Shown one piece after another: positions 49,215-63,388 of a stretch of DNA of 64,000 nt. This DNA is from Lingula anatina. Lineage: Eukaryota; Animalia; Brachiopoda. A model generated the notes under the pieces. That model did no database searches, was not told where the DNA came from, and saw only the letters and a list, made by a program, of their open reading frames with translations. Numbering within the stretch: the first letter of the stretch is position 1; each line of letters opens with the position of its first letter. Made by a program: the position numbers and the translations under genes. Location of the stretch: the NCBI GenBank assembly GCA_051362555.1, contig CM120644.1, positions 2,798,954 to 2,862,953 of the forward strand, written 5' to 3'.

Positions 49215-51488
49215 GGTTAAGGGGTTCTTTTCCTGCAGAAGTGTACTTTATGATTAAGAGTGAAAAGTCTGTATCACGATGTCAAGCGTTTTAATGGGTA
49301 TATTGCATTTAGGCCTTAATGCATTGTATCTGCGGGATACGAACGTAGATCAGATGCAATGTTCAGGAGACAGTTTGCAATAGATTATACGAATCCTGAG
49401 CCTGGAATCGTAGAATAGTTCTTGTTGTGCTAATACATTCCTCGGTTATTATTCCCGCTTTTGTAGGATTCTTGTCAAAAAAATGCGAGGGCCTATACCA
49501 GTGCATCTATAGTGCGTTCATTTCTTCACTTGAAGCACCCTGGAAAACGATGTGCTCGCAACGGTAATCTTCTCCCTTAGTCCGTGGGTTCAATCCAATT
49601 TGTCTCCCCTGGTTCTTCTTGCAAATTTGCCTTCTCTTGCAGTGTTATGTTTCTCAAAATTAAACTTTTGACAATAAATATGGGTCACCTGACCCATATA
49701 TACATATACTAGAACACGTTATCAAGGGCATATGAAGTTAAACCCCGTCACACAGGGGTAATAGAAAACTTTTGACTTCTCATTTCCTCATATATCAAGG
49801 CGTATATTAACTAAATAACAATATTGCATTGCCTATTTACTTGACGTGAGTATTTCTGTATCAATATCTGACTTGTCCGTCCAGTAACCAGTAAAACTAA
49901 CTTTATTTTGAGTTTTGTTGGTTTGTATCGGTTAAATCGTGCATGAGTTCAACCTATAGAAAAGACGTTTATTAACGGCCTCATTAAATTACTTAAAGAA
50001 AATAAAATCAATGCAACTGATCATTTTCTTCTGCATAATATGTTTAAAACGATGAACTGATGACTATTGACTCCAGCGGAAGGAGTTTGCAAAGTGTGAG
50101 CCCCGTGTAAGAGGTTATCGACGAGAGGAGGGGAGAGATGGGTACAAAGGTATTGCCTGAACGCTTCCCCTCCCCCACCAGTTATCTCTTCGCGTTCAAG
50201 ATAACGTGTATGTGTCCTTAAGACAGTCTGCCGTTAAATCAACTGGCGCGGTGTACACATTTCCATTAGATGGGTATGTGTTGTACGTCAACTAGGGCAC
50301 GTGTTACATATACGCACCATAAAGAGGACGCCACCGAGAAGTGTTTGTTAACGTGATTACCATTGGCGCCATTCACCTTTGAAATGAAGATGGGATTATT
50401 TGTGGAGTTTTCTACTGAAAGCGATTGACACTTGCTTTCTCTCTTTCAGTATGCGCATGTCTGCCCACGCCAGTGTGCGCTTTCTAATGCACATGCTGTA
50501 TGACGTCATACTGCAAGAAACGTCACTTGCTTTCATCTAATCAAACCGGGAACGGATAGTAAGAAAAAGTCTATGTGTATATGAGTGTGAAATTGATCAT
50601 TAGTGAAATAAATATAAAAGAGCGTGCGCTCGTAAACGTATACCTGGGCCTCGTAACTCGAAAGCGGCGCCCATTGCGACCGAGCGCAAGTGTCTTGATT
50701 CCGGCACTCGCCCATACTCGCCCCATATAATACACTGTAGCATAGAGTATGTGATATCACAATAACCGATTCTCTCGAGTGAAGGAACCCAGTGCGAGCA
50801 CAGCTTGGCTGAATGATTATAAGCACCCCAACTCTATATGGAGTGGCTTGAGAAAAATAAAGGATTTTAACTCCCGTAGAGCAGTAAGTACATGAACATT
50901 TATTTGCGGAAAAAATGAAGAAAATTAGTTAAAGAAAAAAAGATAATAACTTTAAACAAAATGTGTGATAAAAAAATAAGTAAGTAAATAAATATAGTTT
51001 GAAGCAGGAAGTGTGGTTAATAAATGATATAAATAAATAATGAATAAAAATTAAAAACAGGATGTGTGAGCACAAACCTTTAAATACATGTATCAGTTAT
51101 CGTCTTTGTTACATTTCTCATATTTGAGGACACTTGCTAGTAGGCCTTATTTAAGTCAATGACAGACCTTGGACATATACAGCGGGGGTTACATATGCTT
51201 TAACCTACCACGTCTTAAATCCCAAACATTGAGTTTCGAAGAAATGGGGCAATTTGTGCCCTTAGATCCTTCTATAACACCACAAGGTGTGGATTTTCGG
51301 AATAAAATTGGGTTGATTTTACCATTTTGACTTCGAAAAAGGAGTTGATTCTTCGTCACCACCAACACCACCAAACACCACCAACTCTCCCCAACGTCTG
51401 TTTGTTCTTGATTTTAGTCATGTGTTTATAGTCCTCACAGTAAATACATTATTTTTACAAATATTCATTCCTATCTTGGTCAGGAGGG

Positions 51489-54400
51489 CTATTTTGTGTC
51501 CAAGTTTTTATAAATTCTGTCCGTCTTACATCCAGTAAACACGAATACAGCGCCATCCTGAATTAAATAGAACATTGTCACATCTTAGACCTTAGTAACA
51601 CTCAGGAGGTTGAATAATAACAACAACAACAACAACAACAACAACTACCCCTTTTAAAATGATTCATCTCTTTTTCTGTCTTTTCTTCTCTCTTTCTGTC
51701 AACGTTATTTTCTTAGTTTATATTTCTTTCTTTCTTTCTTTCTTTCTTTCTCGTTTATTTTGGACTTCTATTTATGGTTCTTTATTTGTTTCTCCATTAC
51801 ATAAAATGCATTCTTTACCTTTACCAAATATGGGAAACCCTTCCAAAAGTTTGCATTAGGGATGAGTTCGGCTCCCGAGGCTTGCCTTCTTACTTTATTG
51901 AATATTATGCCAGCTATTACGTAAACCAGTAAAAGAACTACGAACCTGAAATATATAAACCCAAATGGTTTAACAAAAAATTATAGTAAATCAATAAAAT
52001 AGATAAATAGCATGATTTCATTATTGAAAATCTCTAATACAGACGATTCATCCGTTTACGACATCGCTTTTTGCGTTGGAAATGATGTAAACGAACAATG
52101 CGCGCAAGTGAGAGAGAGAGAGAGAGAGAGAGAGTGGCCGGTGAGAGAGAGAGAGAGAGAGAGAGGTGAAGTTGAGTACCTACACAATAATGAGTACGGT
52201 ACCCCCACTGATCCCAGTGTTACCAGTGTTATGAGACGGGCACGCACTTGCATGGGTAACAGTGAGCGTCTGAAAGTGTTGTTAACATTATAATCTGAAG
52301 TTAAGTGTAATCAAAGAATAAAGAAATAAATAGATAAAGGAATGAATAAACGAACAGCTTTCTCGTAATTTATTTCAATCGAAACTCGGAGACGTATCTT
52401 TTATCTTAAAAAAAAAGAAATTTACATAAATTTGGAAATTGCTCGGAGGGCAGTAGCAGAAGAGAAATTAATTTTTTTTCTCATAAATATCGCATAACAA
52501 TATGTATATTGGACCCTCGGACTTGTTATTCCCCTATTCTAAATGGAGCCTAGGTTAAGTACAGTGCACTCACATATGGTGACGTGTTTCCAGTGTTTGC
52601 CTTATAGGTCGCATCACCAGTGACGCCGGGGTCACATTTCCACGTCACTATGGTGCTCCTGCATATAAGAAAAAAAAAGTTAATGTATATATCGTCCTTA
52701 TATTCTTCCATGTCCCCAGCGTCTTGCAGACCGTGTTCAAAGCACTTTTAGTAACGTGTTTGTTTTAGTTTTAGGTTTCGAAAGTAGACACCTGTTTGCA
52801 TCACCCCCAGTACAGCTCTTTTCCTGCCACGATAACAATGGCTAGAAAAAGATTACACAGCAAACGAAGAGAATGGTTATACTATGGTGTAGTTAATGTA
52901 ATTTGTGTACTTTTACCCACAAGCTAGACATTTGGCATGGTTATAGAAAATGGTATTCTTAGTATTTCTGGATATATAGGGGAGGTGTCTGAAAATTCCA
53001 ATATGGTTGCCAAATCCAATATGGACACCTGTGAATTTGTTACATGTACATGCGGTGCCTATACTACATGTATGCTCGGTCGAAAATGAGAATGAGACCC
53101 AAACTTACTCTTTTAGCCCCGTGGACTCTGAGTACTTTACTTGGACTTGTTGTGTCTTGGGATCAAAGCTCCACTCTGCTGAATCCTGCCGGCCTATGGG
53201 ATAGCCATAGTCTCCTCCGCTCGACTTCTGGCAGACCTGGATAGAATTTAAGTATATTATTAAATAGTATGATAAAAGCAAAGAAGCATTAGCCAGGCCT
53301 CCAACACCCTCTTACTGTTAACGCATCTCTCCCAGCAGCGTGCCTCTGTCGTTAAAGTAGTATTTGAAAATGTCTCGATACTTGGGTTGTTTTTGCCAGC
53401 TGGAAAGAGTGGCTGCTCATGACGTCACGCGCTGCCCCTTATGAACTACAACAATACAACCAAACGCTATCACTTGAAAGGCCGTAGTTAGATGGTCAAA
53501 ACTATAACCAACATGTAAGATCCTGAATATCTTCCAAAAAGGACAACTGTAAACTGTACACTTACTGCGACGTTCTGACAGTAGGCTCCCTGTGAAAACG
53601 GGTAACATGGGTTGTACTGGTAATTCCAATAATTATTTGGCTCGTTAGCGCTGAACCTATGAACAAAGAGACAAATGAATACAGAGAGACAAACAGACAC
53701 TTAGAAGCAATTCTATCCCTTTTCTTTATCCTTTTCAATAGTTGTGTATACGTAATGTTTTTAAGAATGGAGTAATTTTTCTTCGGCCAACAGCTTAATA
53801 CTGAAATAGTTTTTTATCCCCAATATTTTGTTGACTAGCAGAACATCTTCATCGGGGAATGAGGCTATCTAGATAATGTTTTTATAGACATAATGGTTGA
53901 TTTTCTTTATAAATACATGTTTTACATGTTTTACGAAACGTGAATGGGTCCTTGTGGCTCTGTGCGTATAGAGCTGAGACTACTAGCACTGTAAAGAGTA
54001 CTGAAAACGAGGAAAAGTGTAATTTCGACAGGAAGTCAGACTGGATTAGAAGCAGTATAGAGAAATGGAAAATATAGGCCTATAACTGTTAAATTGGCAG
54101 CTCTTTTTTTTTTAATCTGTAGTATGTTTCACGCGATTTTAGCGTAGTGTAAGTCAAATAAATATTGATACACTAGATGACGCACAGGCAACTGCTACTA
54201 ACGGTTATCAGTGACATTTTCCCAAACACCTCAGATTTTGACTGCTGAAGAAAGAAAGCTCTGACACCTTTCTCTGGTAAAAGGCAATAATGTTGGCCTA
54301 CTATTACTTAATACCCGTGGTATAACTTACGCTGGCGTTCCGTCCTGTTTACCAAGACCCCGTATGTCAACTCGTCCACTTCCGTCGTCGAACTCACAGG

Positions 54401-54521
54401 AACAGTCATCGATCTTCTTGCAGTTCTTAGCCTCGGTAGAAATTTGACCATTTACGATCAGACATATAATAAAAACTGAGGCCCAGAGACCCTGTCTTTG
54501 ATTTCCGAATTCAATTTTCAT
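51489..54521 (-). CDS. MRH-domain type I membrane protein, M6PR/ATG27-like, paralog B (258 aa)
   Basis: Seven coding exons, GT-AG, in frame: 54521-54331, 53656-53566, 53236-53109, 52658-52574, 52269-52184, 51945-51819, 51557-51489. Same intron phases (2,0,2,0,2,0) as paralog A. Motifs YNPC, VCQ, SACP, GISGGTVLIIVFVVLLLVYVIAG, GAELIPN..FW..DG, and tail YKNL. Confidence 0.88.
52110..52164. repeat. Interrupted (GA)n microsatellite
   Basis: Direct reading. Confidence 0.95.
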
Positions 54522-54976
54522 GGTTGCTGTAAAGGAGAGATTTAAAGTCAGTGTCACGCGGACTTCGCTGATTATTTTCAAGATAGGGCGAGAGTCGCGA
54601 CTATCTTATTTTGATTAAATGATATGGACGCATTACTTCAACTGGAGTGTCCTTTTTCAGTTATTTATTAGTCAGTAAGTTTACAGACGTACAATACTGT
54701 TAATATGGACATCCCTGTCATTGTCAAAAGATAATAAATGTTGAAGCTGGGCTACGATCAATAAGCGGGGTTTATTGACGGTATTTCGACTAACTTCAAC
54801 CATGGCTATCTTATCCTATCTCATCCAGTTAGATAGCGCATGTGCTCGTCTGAAGCTGAGAGGGGAGATAGCAATGCATTTGGACTAAATCAAAATCTTT
54901 TTATAACGAAATGGAACGTCGTCTAGTTTGATAAACCTAATGTCACGCGTAGAACAGTTCATTATCTATGTTATTG

Positions 54977-55754
54977 TAATAGACTTGTAAAGATTCTTTA
55001 CAAGTCTATAGCTACTTATATTTGTCTGGTCTTACTAGCCAATATATCGTCTGCTTTCAGTCAGGACAGGACGTTCCATAACAGAAAGAATCACGGAACA
55101 TCAAACATCTATTAAAAAACGTGATAAAAAAATCTGCCTTCAGCCAACACCAGGAACAGACAGTTCAGGGTATTGTATAACATCAACAACCCTAGAAGAC
55201 AAAAATCTTGGAAGGAGAGCCACGGGACCTATACGACATAAAGTTCTTGAAGCGATCAGCATCTACTTAAGCCCCCTTTACACTGGACGGCGTCTTTTCT
55301 GCGTCCAGCAGTACGGCCCCATTTGAGAGTTTAAAAATTATAATATTTTACGTGCCGACAACTGGCCGATCATTGAGCATTCATTCTGATACAAAATCAA
55401 TGCACGTGCCTCCTTATTAAGACCACAGCGATGTCAAATTTCATGGTCGCAGAAAGGACGCAGTCCAGTGTTAAAGGGGTATTACATGGGGCCAAGTTGA
55501 ATCGGAATGATGGGACTGAGCTACCCAACCTGTACCTACCACTCCTAAGAGAGGGGCAGGCAAGGGGGGGGGGGGGTCTGATCAAATAACACACCAGAGG
55601 GGGTGATATATTGTCACACCTATCAAAACCTCATTCCCTGATCAAGTCTGACTGCAAGCAGACGAAATATTGGCAGGTAAGACCAGACATATATAAGTAG
55701 CTTTAGACAAACGTAAGTAGCTATATAGACAAAAGAATCTTCACACGTCTATTA
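54977..55754. mobile_element. Non-autonomous TIR DNA transposon (~90-110 bp imperfect TIRs beginning TAATAGAC) upstream of paralog B
   Basis: 54977-55068 is an inverted copy of 55645-55754 (for example GTCTGGTCTTAC/GTAAGACCAGAC and TCGTCTGCTT/AAGCAGACGA). Confidence 0.7.
55270..55481. mobile_element. MITE nested in the TIR element
   Basis: CCCCTTTACACTGGACGGCGTCTTTTCTGCG is inverted as CGCAGAAAGGACGCAGTCCAGTGTTAAAGGGG. Confidence 0.75.
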
Positions 55755-57472
55755 ATGACGCAACTTTGAATGGCTATTCTTCACTGAAAGCGATGGCTTT
55801 ATACATTATTCAGTTGCAGTGTATTGCAGTTGGTTATATACAGATATTGACGACATAACAGAGTAAAAATTTAAAGGTTTACTCGACGCGTTTGAAATTG
55901 TCCAGTCATATTTTTAGTCTAAATATCATTAAAAGCTACTGATCTTTCCCAATCACTGCTTACAAACGAAGTCGATATTTCTTTCTTAAATGTCAGAAAG
56001 ACATGAGCGTCTGAATGGATCGTATTTGGTTTAGAACCAAATTATCTGAAAGGGAATGTAGCAAAATTGTTTAAGTGCAGGGCCTGGTCAAGCAATCATT
56101 TGGGCGTGGGAGAAAAAATAGACTCGGCGAGGAAATTTCAAACTAAATACCTTTCAAGATATAATTTGCCAAAATGATTTGTATTCGTGCTTTCAAAATT
56201 ACCCTTTTTCAAAGAAAAACAAAACCCAACAAATACATTTTCCAACAATTTATTACATCCCAAAAAGTCTTTCACGTAAAATCTTTTCATCTATTAATCT
56301 TATAAACACCCAGAGTCGGACGTAGGAGGGTAGAAAGATTAAAAAGAAACGCACAGCAATACATTAATACAAACAGAGAAGACATTGCTATCCTGGCTGT
56401 GAAGTTGACCAAAAACCGATACCCAAATGGCAGTCCCACTAATTAAGAACTAATATCCAAACGCCACAGTTTAGTTTTAAAGTACACACCATGAAACATT
56501 TTTCAAACTCGACTAAGTTTTTCGCTCCATTTCTCGTTTCGATAGCCCTCGGACCACACACGCAAGGTATGAACCACGTGATCACAACAGTGTCACGTTT
56601 AACAGTCACGTGCCTCCCCCTAATTCGTTAACTGGGATAGTTTGTAAAAAAATAATAATAACAATGAAAAAAAAACGGGGATATTCCCTTTCCATAATCT
56701 GTCGAGCTTTTGCAATTTAAATTTGCTTTGTTACTACAACTTTATCCAAACTGTGGCTATTGCGGATTTACTGTAAGACAATAGTGGGATTTCTCAGTAC
56801 ATTCTTGACAATAAATCACAGGTAACAGAAAATTAGCTAACAGGTTAACTATGGAAATCACTGATATAGGTGTATCTATATTCAGAACACAGAATCATGG
56901 AATAGGTAATGTGCCCCCTTGCCAGAGATATAGAAGAGAATGTTGGTTACTGTCAATATGTATACTTGTAGAGATAGAGAATTTTACAAAATAAACTAAG
57001 TTCAAGAATCACACATTTCTACAATCAAGCACTAGAGACTGATATATTTTCAATGTACAGTAAATCCGTATACAAGAAATCAAAAGAATCATCATCAATT
57101 CACAGTTAAAATACCTTGCCTACGTTTACTTACAAATCTGACCATTCTAAAATCCATAATTTCACACTCATTTTACAATTAAATGCATATGATCTGGTAA
57201 ATCCAACTAATTGGTTAATAATCACGGTGTACACAGTGCTAAATCAGATGTGAAAAGTGCTTGGAGCAGACGACAGGCATTCTAAAATCCTGCTTCCATT
57301 TTCCATAAAGAGCTGAAAAGTGCTCTGCACTACTCTTTGACTTCAGTATTACATACTTCAATCAATAAACCCACTATTATTATTCATTTTTTATGTGTAT
57401 TAATCCGTGGAAAGATATTACAATCACAACAGTGACAGTATACAATTGTATGGGAGTGTATCAAAACACTTA

Positions 57473-57747
57473 AGGCCATTCAAAATAGATAATCCGAGTA
57501 CTTACTGATCCGCTGACTAAATATGGCAGACCCCAATTCAAAAGTGATGCCACTAATTCCATGGTGGTCTCCCTGCCTCCACATGCTGTCCCTGCAGGGA
57601 ACTAGCAATTAAACCTTGGAGCTGAGATTTAATCTGTTTAATGGCGGGTGTGACCATCAGGAATCAGCAGTATCACTATTGAAGTGTGGTCGGCCATATT
57701 TAGTCAGCAGATCAGTAAGTACTCAGATCATCTATTCTGAATGGCCC
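57473..57747. mobile_element. MITE with ~75-bp TIRs, termini related to 44773-44931
   Basis: GGCCATTCAAAATAGATAATCCGAGTACTTACTGATC is inverted as GATCAGTAAGTACTCAGATCATCTATTCTGAATGGCC; TA on both flanks. Confidence 0.8.
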
Positions 57748-60432
57748 TATGACACACTGGTAATACAGACCTAAAAGGTTATCGTTAAAAACAACAAGAT
57801 GCTGCATATGTATAGTAATAAAAAAAAACTGACAAAACCATGCCGCCATTTGTACAATAATACACCCAAACAACCCACCAAGAAACATATATGTATATAA
57901 AAACCTCGGTATGCAACGAGGCTCACAACCATTTAAGCAGACAAACCAAATTTCTCAGCTTTATCCATTGTGCAGTTGTTTCCACTTCACAAAACCATCT
58001 CCAAATTTAAAAGCTCAGATAATGAATGGTGTAAAAGTAGCTGATAAAATCTTATCTGTCGTAATTATTCTATCATCATACTATCAACATATGCAATGGA
58101 TTCTAAACAGCCAAATACTCCGGCTCCTTGCTGAACAACACATTTCCCATGAAAAACTATTCCTGTGAAACAACCTGTATAACATTCTTCTAAAAAAAAA
58201 AATGTCATCAGAATGCTTCATGACACCTTTTAAAAATACCACTGTATATAGCATTTTAGTTTTGTAAAGTGATTTGCAACTGGCACAGCTCCAGCTCACA
58301 GCTCTTCCACAACCAAAAATTAAAAATATAAACCTTTCAATAATTATATTAAAAGCAGTTCATGCAAGCTACGTGTCACAAGCATATACAATTTGCGTCT
58401 AAACAACAAGTAACAGTCTCAGTCAAAGTAGGTATAAAGCAACCTAGAAATGAGCAAGCAATGGTCTATCTAAAACACCACAATTTTAAGTGAAAAATAT
58501 CACCATTTCCGAAGAAAGGACTCCTTAATCACTTCACGGAGATGGTACGTATTTCCATATATAAATATATATTTAAGTGAAGACCCTGTTTACAAGTTGC
58601 TTGCTGTCATTAACAGTTTGCCAGCCAAAGTTTAAATATCTTGTCGTCAGGCAACAAACTATGCAGTGTACAAGTTACGCTTAACCATCAGCCCATTTAT
58701 TATTATAATCACACTTTACAATTTCTGTGGCGTTAGCTACATATCTGTATCGAGTTCTACTGAAAAAGCTGTACACATGATCGCGAAAAACCTCTATTTA
58801 CCTGAGTATATATGAATATAATTGTTTGTGTATAAATATTGTCATAATTTCATATAGTCACTGTCTAAATTAATGAATACATGAAACTGAAATCAGACTG
58901 GTTTTAAATTAGCCTCAGGAGGTGTTCAGAATGCATCACCAGATCACCAACCAACACCCCTTGTTGTCTTCAAAACATAATATCAACAAAATAAAGTATT
59001 TTTTAAAAAATGTTTTTTAATTTTCCCACAAGTGCTAATGACTCATTAATGCTGCAGTAACATGAAAAAGGTCCCGATAAAAAAGGTCCAGGTTGAAGTG
59101 AACCTGTCTCAGGGTGTATTGGCCTTGGTTTACGAAAATGTAATAATGTTAGGAAGATCATCTACAACTCAAGGAACGGCTTGGCTGTGTTGCAGCTGAT
59201 TAAAAAAAACACTTGGGTGAAAACTATGGAATGTGCCTTATCTGGTTTAATTAGCTATTGATGCATTCTGTGACCCTTTCTGGTCTAAAATATACCTGCT
59301 CTGATAGCAGCTGAATCATCACAACACGAAGGAAAATAATAAATCATTCAGTATAGAAGTAACTATTCTAAAATACACCATAGATGCATTGATAGATGCT
59401 AAAAGATAATTATTGTGAGCATAAAAATATAGTAAGCATCCTCTCTTTGTTCCCTGGATTGGGGGTCAACTTAAAAAATGTCATATCATAATGTATAATC
59501 AGTATTATTAAACATTTTAGATTTAAAATAATTACAAAAATGGGGGTCCAGATCAAGTTTCTGCTAAGACATTATTCTATACATACTCACAGTAGTAATG
59601 TGCACACTGATTTAATTTCCATTACAGAGAAATAGAACTACTTCTACATTTAACTTGGTGGCCATTTTTACAGGGGATACTGGGAGAAGGTGTGATGAAC
59701 TTGCTGGTTTTTAAATCAAAATCATCAACTCCACCCAACAACTTGGTTAAAATATTTTTTATTTAGTCATTATCTAGGCTGTCAGGGAAACCAAATAAAA
59801 AATACCATAACAAGCCATTTTATCTTTGAAACAACCCTTCATTGAAGTTTCAGAAATTCTAAAACTACTCCTCAGTAAAAAAGCCATAAAAACAGCCACC
59901 AAACTAGGGCCTTTTATTACATCTGGCACTTGAATTACTTGGCTTATCATCAGGTTTGGAAATTCTTTCTCTTGCTGCTAAGCAGTAAGTTGTCGGTCTA
60001 AGTGCAGGCACCATGGCCTGACACCCCATTTTTTTTTCAGACAGCAGCCATTATCTTACCACTGCCACCAGATTCTAATAAAATGACAGTATTTCCAGCA
60101 GCAGTGAATGAAGTGATCAGGAAAAAATATGAACACGTTTTCTTTCACGAAAAGATACAAATACATGAATAAGCTTTGACACTTCTGGAAGAGTACAAAA
60201 ATTAAATACATCTCTTTGATGTAACAAATAAACTTAACTATCTCTATGTGTGACCTGGTTTAATCTGGTAAAAAGAGGAGGAACTATTTGTATTAATATA
60301 TCTTTCCATTCACTGCTGCAAGGAGAAACTCCAAATTATTCACTTCAAGGTCACCAAAGTCTTTCGCCTCTTCTTTTCTGATGTAGCGTTCTTGAAGTTG
60401 AATCATATTTTTCTAAGGTGTCTCGCTCTGGA

Positions 60433-63340
60433 TTATCGCACAAACAACAACAACAACGAACTGGCTAGCAGAAAAATGTTGCCACCGATATGGCTGGCCA
60501 TGCTCACCTCTGCAAAGAGAAGCCAAAAACCAAAATATTACAAAGGTAAACCCACACATTGACACAGGCACCGTCACACCTGGCCTAAAGCATTAACATA
60601 CGAGAAAAAATTACCTATGTGCAGACAAACCTACTGGCTGTGTAAGGGACCATTCCCACAGATATTTGATCAGTTTCAGCATGTCCCTGGGGAGTCTCAC
60701 TAAATTGCTATCAACTTAAACAGTTTAAATATCTGTTACACCAAGTAAAGCTGTAAGGGGTAATTATCTTTACCCCACAGCTGATTCAGTAGGCGTGACA
60801 GACAATTAAGCCAATAAGATGATAGCAATTTAGTGAGACTCCCCAGTGAGTTAGACCGATCCAGATGGATCAATCTAAGCCCAGTCTTGGACTTTGCACA
60901 TGCGGGGAAACAGTGGTATATGTCTGCACATAAGGAGGGAGATAATATACTGAGCATGTCCAAAAACAATTTTTATATGCTGCTTCTGTCTTCATTTTAA
61001 TGACCTGGAAACAGGGTGATTTTATACCCTGAAAGTTGTGCATATAATCTATGTCACAGATGATACTTGTACATTCCTGTTTACTCTATATGTGACAGAT
61101 CCACAAGAAAACCATCACCTCATGAGCTATTTATAAAACATGACAGAGTTTTCCTTCATTTTTAATTTTGAATGAAATATAGACATCCAAATGTAACAAT
61201 TTGTCATGGAGAAGACTTGAAGGTATCACCGACATGGACTGCATACAAATAGTTAGCAAAATAATAAGAATAAAAGACCACCGAAATCAGACATGATTTT
61301 GAGTTGTAAAAAAATAACAACTTGGCAGACATGCTGACACTGTTGGTCCGATCGGTCATGACCGGCAAAATTTGTCTGGACCGGTAAAAAATTGGACTTG
61401 GTCGGTCCAAAGGACCTACAAGAGTTTTAAGAGCCACAATTTTGAATTTACAGTCATCATTCAACATACGTCACTAATAAAATTATATAAGACCCAAAGC
61501 GTTTTTCCCTTCCATATCAAATCTATCATATTCACAAACAAAATAAACCACCCTAATAATACTGGTAGTATCTTTCTCAAATGGATAGGTTGATTTTCGG
61601 TCCGACACATTTTTCATCACTGCCTGTCCAAATGTCCGACCATTCCGAATAGTTTTCAGCATGTCTGACTTGGTTGACTTACAAATGGGAGGCTGGGGTC
61701 TATCAAGAAAGAAAATCAAATACAAAAAATCATGTCTGAGATATATTCAGTTTTAAAAAAAAAAAAGCTGTATCATCCATGGCAAAGGCAAGGTCACATG
61801 CTGACAAGGAATAGCCTTTAAATTGCTATGTCAGCCAAAAAAGCATTGAAAGGGCATGTATCTTTTCTATTACATCTACTGCATGTATGTAAGTTTTTCT
61901 CTTGATATGAATGAATGAATGTAAAAACAAAACAAAACAAACAAAATATTAATAATAATAATAATAACCATTATAAAGCACTACAGCTGGCGTTGCTTAG
62001 AAGTTGACAAAGTGGGGTTGTACTAAGATGTTTCAAATCTACAAATGCTGCACTATAAGACTAGGTTCCCATGCCTAGATCGATCCATCTGGATCAACTT
62101 AACTCCCTGGGGGTTCACGCCAAATTGCTATCAGCTTAAGGGGCTTAAATGTCTGTCATGCCTACCGAATCTGCTGGGGGGGGGGGGGGGGGGGGGGAGG
62201 TAATTAACTGGGCCTCGCCGATAGCAGATAACAATTTAGTGAGACTCCCCATGGAAATAGATCGATCCAAATATCTGTGGGATGGTCCCTAAGTTTTGAA
62301 AGCTGCCCACTGTTCCCATCAGTGGGTCAGGCATCTAAATATAATCAATTCACATGGAGGACTCTGAACTTAGGTGGTAAAAAGCCAGCAACAGAACAGA
62401 AGATGGGAAAGCTAATAAAGTCTATGGCCATTACATCTTGTACTTTGCCTCTATTGTTAATTAAGAACCAGTGGGAAAAAAAAGAAAAAACAGATAAAAT
62501 TAATTATAGGTATACTATCCATGTTTGAAAATGCTCTAGAATCATGTTCTCTATGTCTATATGTATGCTGCAAAGCTAATTATCTGTCCTAATTCAGACA
62601 TTTTAAAAATGATACAACCCCTGCTGATATTTCGTTCTCAAGTGTACCGGGAGACAAAACAGTCTAAATAACTGACCAGCCTTTTAGAATTAAATCATTT
62701 CATTAGAAATGGTATAAAACAACACATCCAAGTGCAGGGAGGAGGCAAACAATACTTTGTGAGTTGGAAAAAAACATATTTTTCATGGTTTGATCTGACC
62801 TGGCAGGAAAATTCCAGATAGAATACCTTTAATAAAAAAAACACATCTCAAGGATTCAGCAGCAGCAAAAAGCAGAGATGCACACCTAACACATTCTGGT
62901 TGTTACAATAATGCATTTTTCGATGGCACTAACCTTCCCTCTGCGTGGTCATTGGTAAAGGACTTACGAAATCACTGATAGTATCTGAGGGAGAAATTGA
63001 CGTGACTAAAGAAAAAAAATTAATGTTTAAAAGAGAAAGTGCTGTGTGATGGAGGATGCAGTTTTAATCTGGTACAAGCTTTCCTTTAGCATGGGATGTG
63101 GAATCAAACACACTGAGGTAATCTAAACATGATGAATCTAAAGAGGTAAAGAGGTAAATTGAGACCTAAAGTCATATTCTAAGACTTTTGCCATTCTTAA
63201 GCACTAGGTATAAAATATTCATACATTTTCAGGCAAAAGATCACAACTTCTTTAGAATGAATCAAAAAAATAATTGTCCCCTGGATAAAGTGATCACCTT
63301 TAACCAAAATGAATCTTTCCATTTCTGGCAGTGTAGCTTT

Positions 63341-63388
<48 letters not shown>

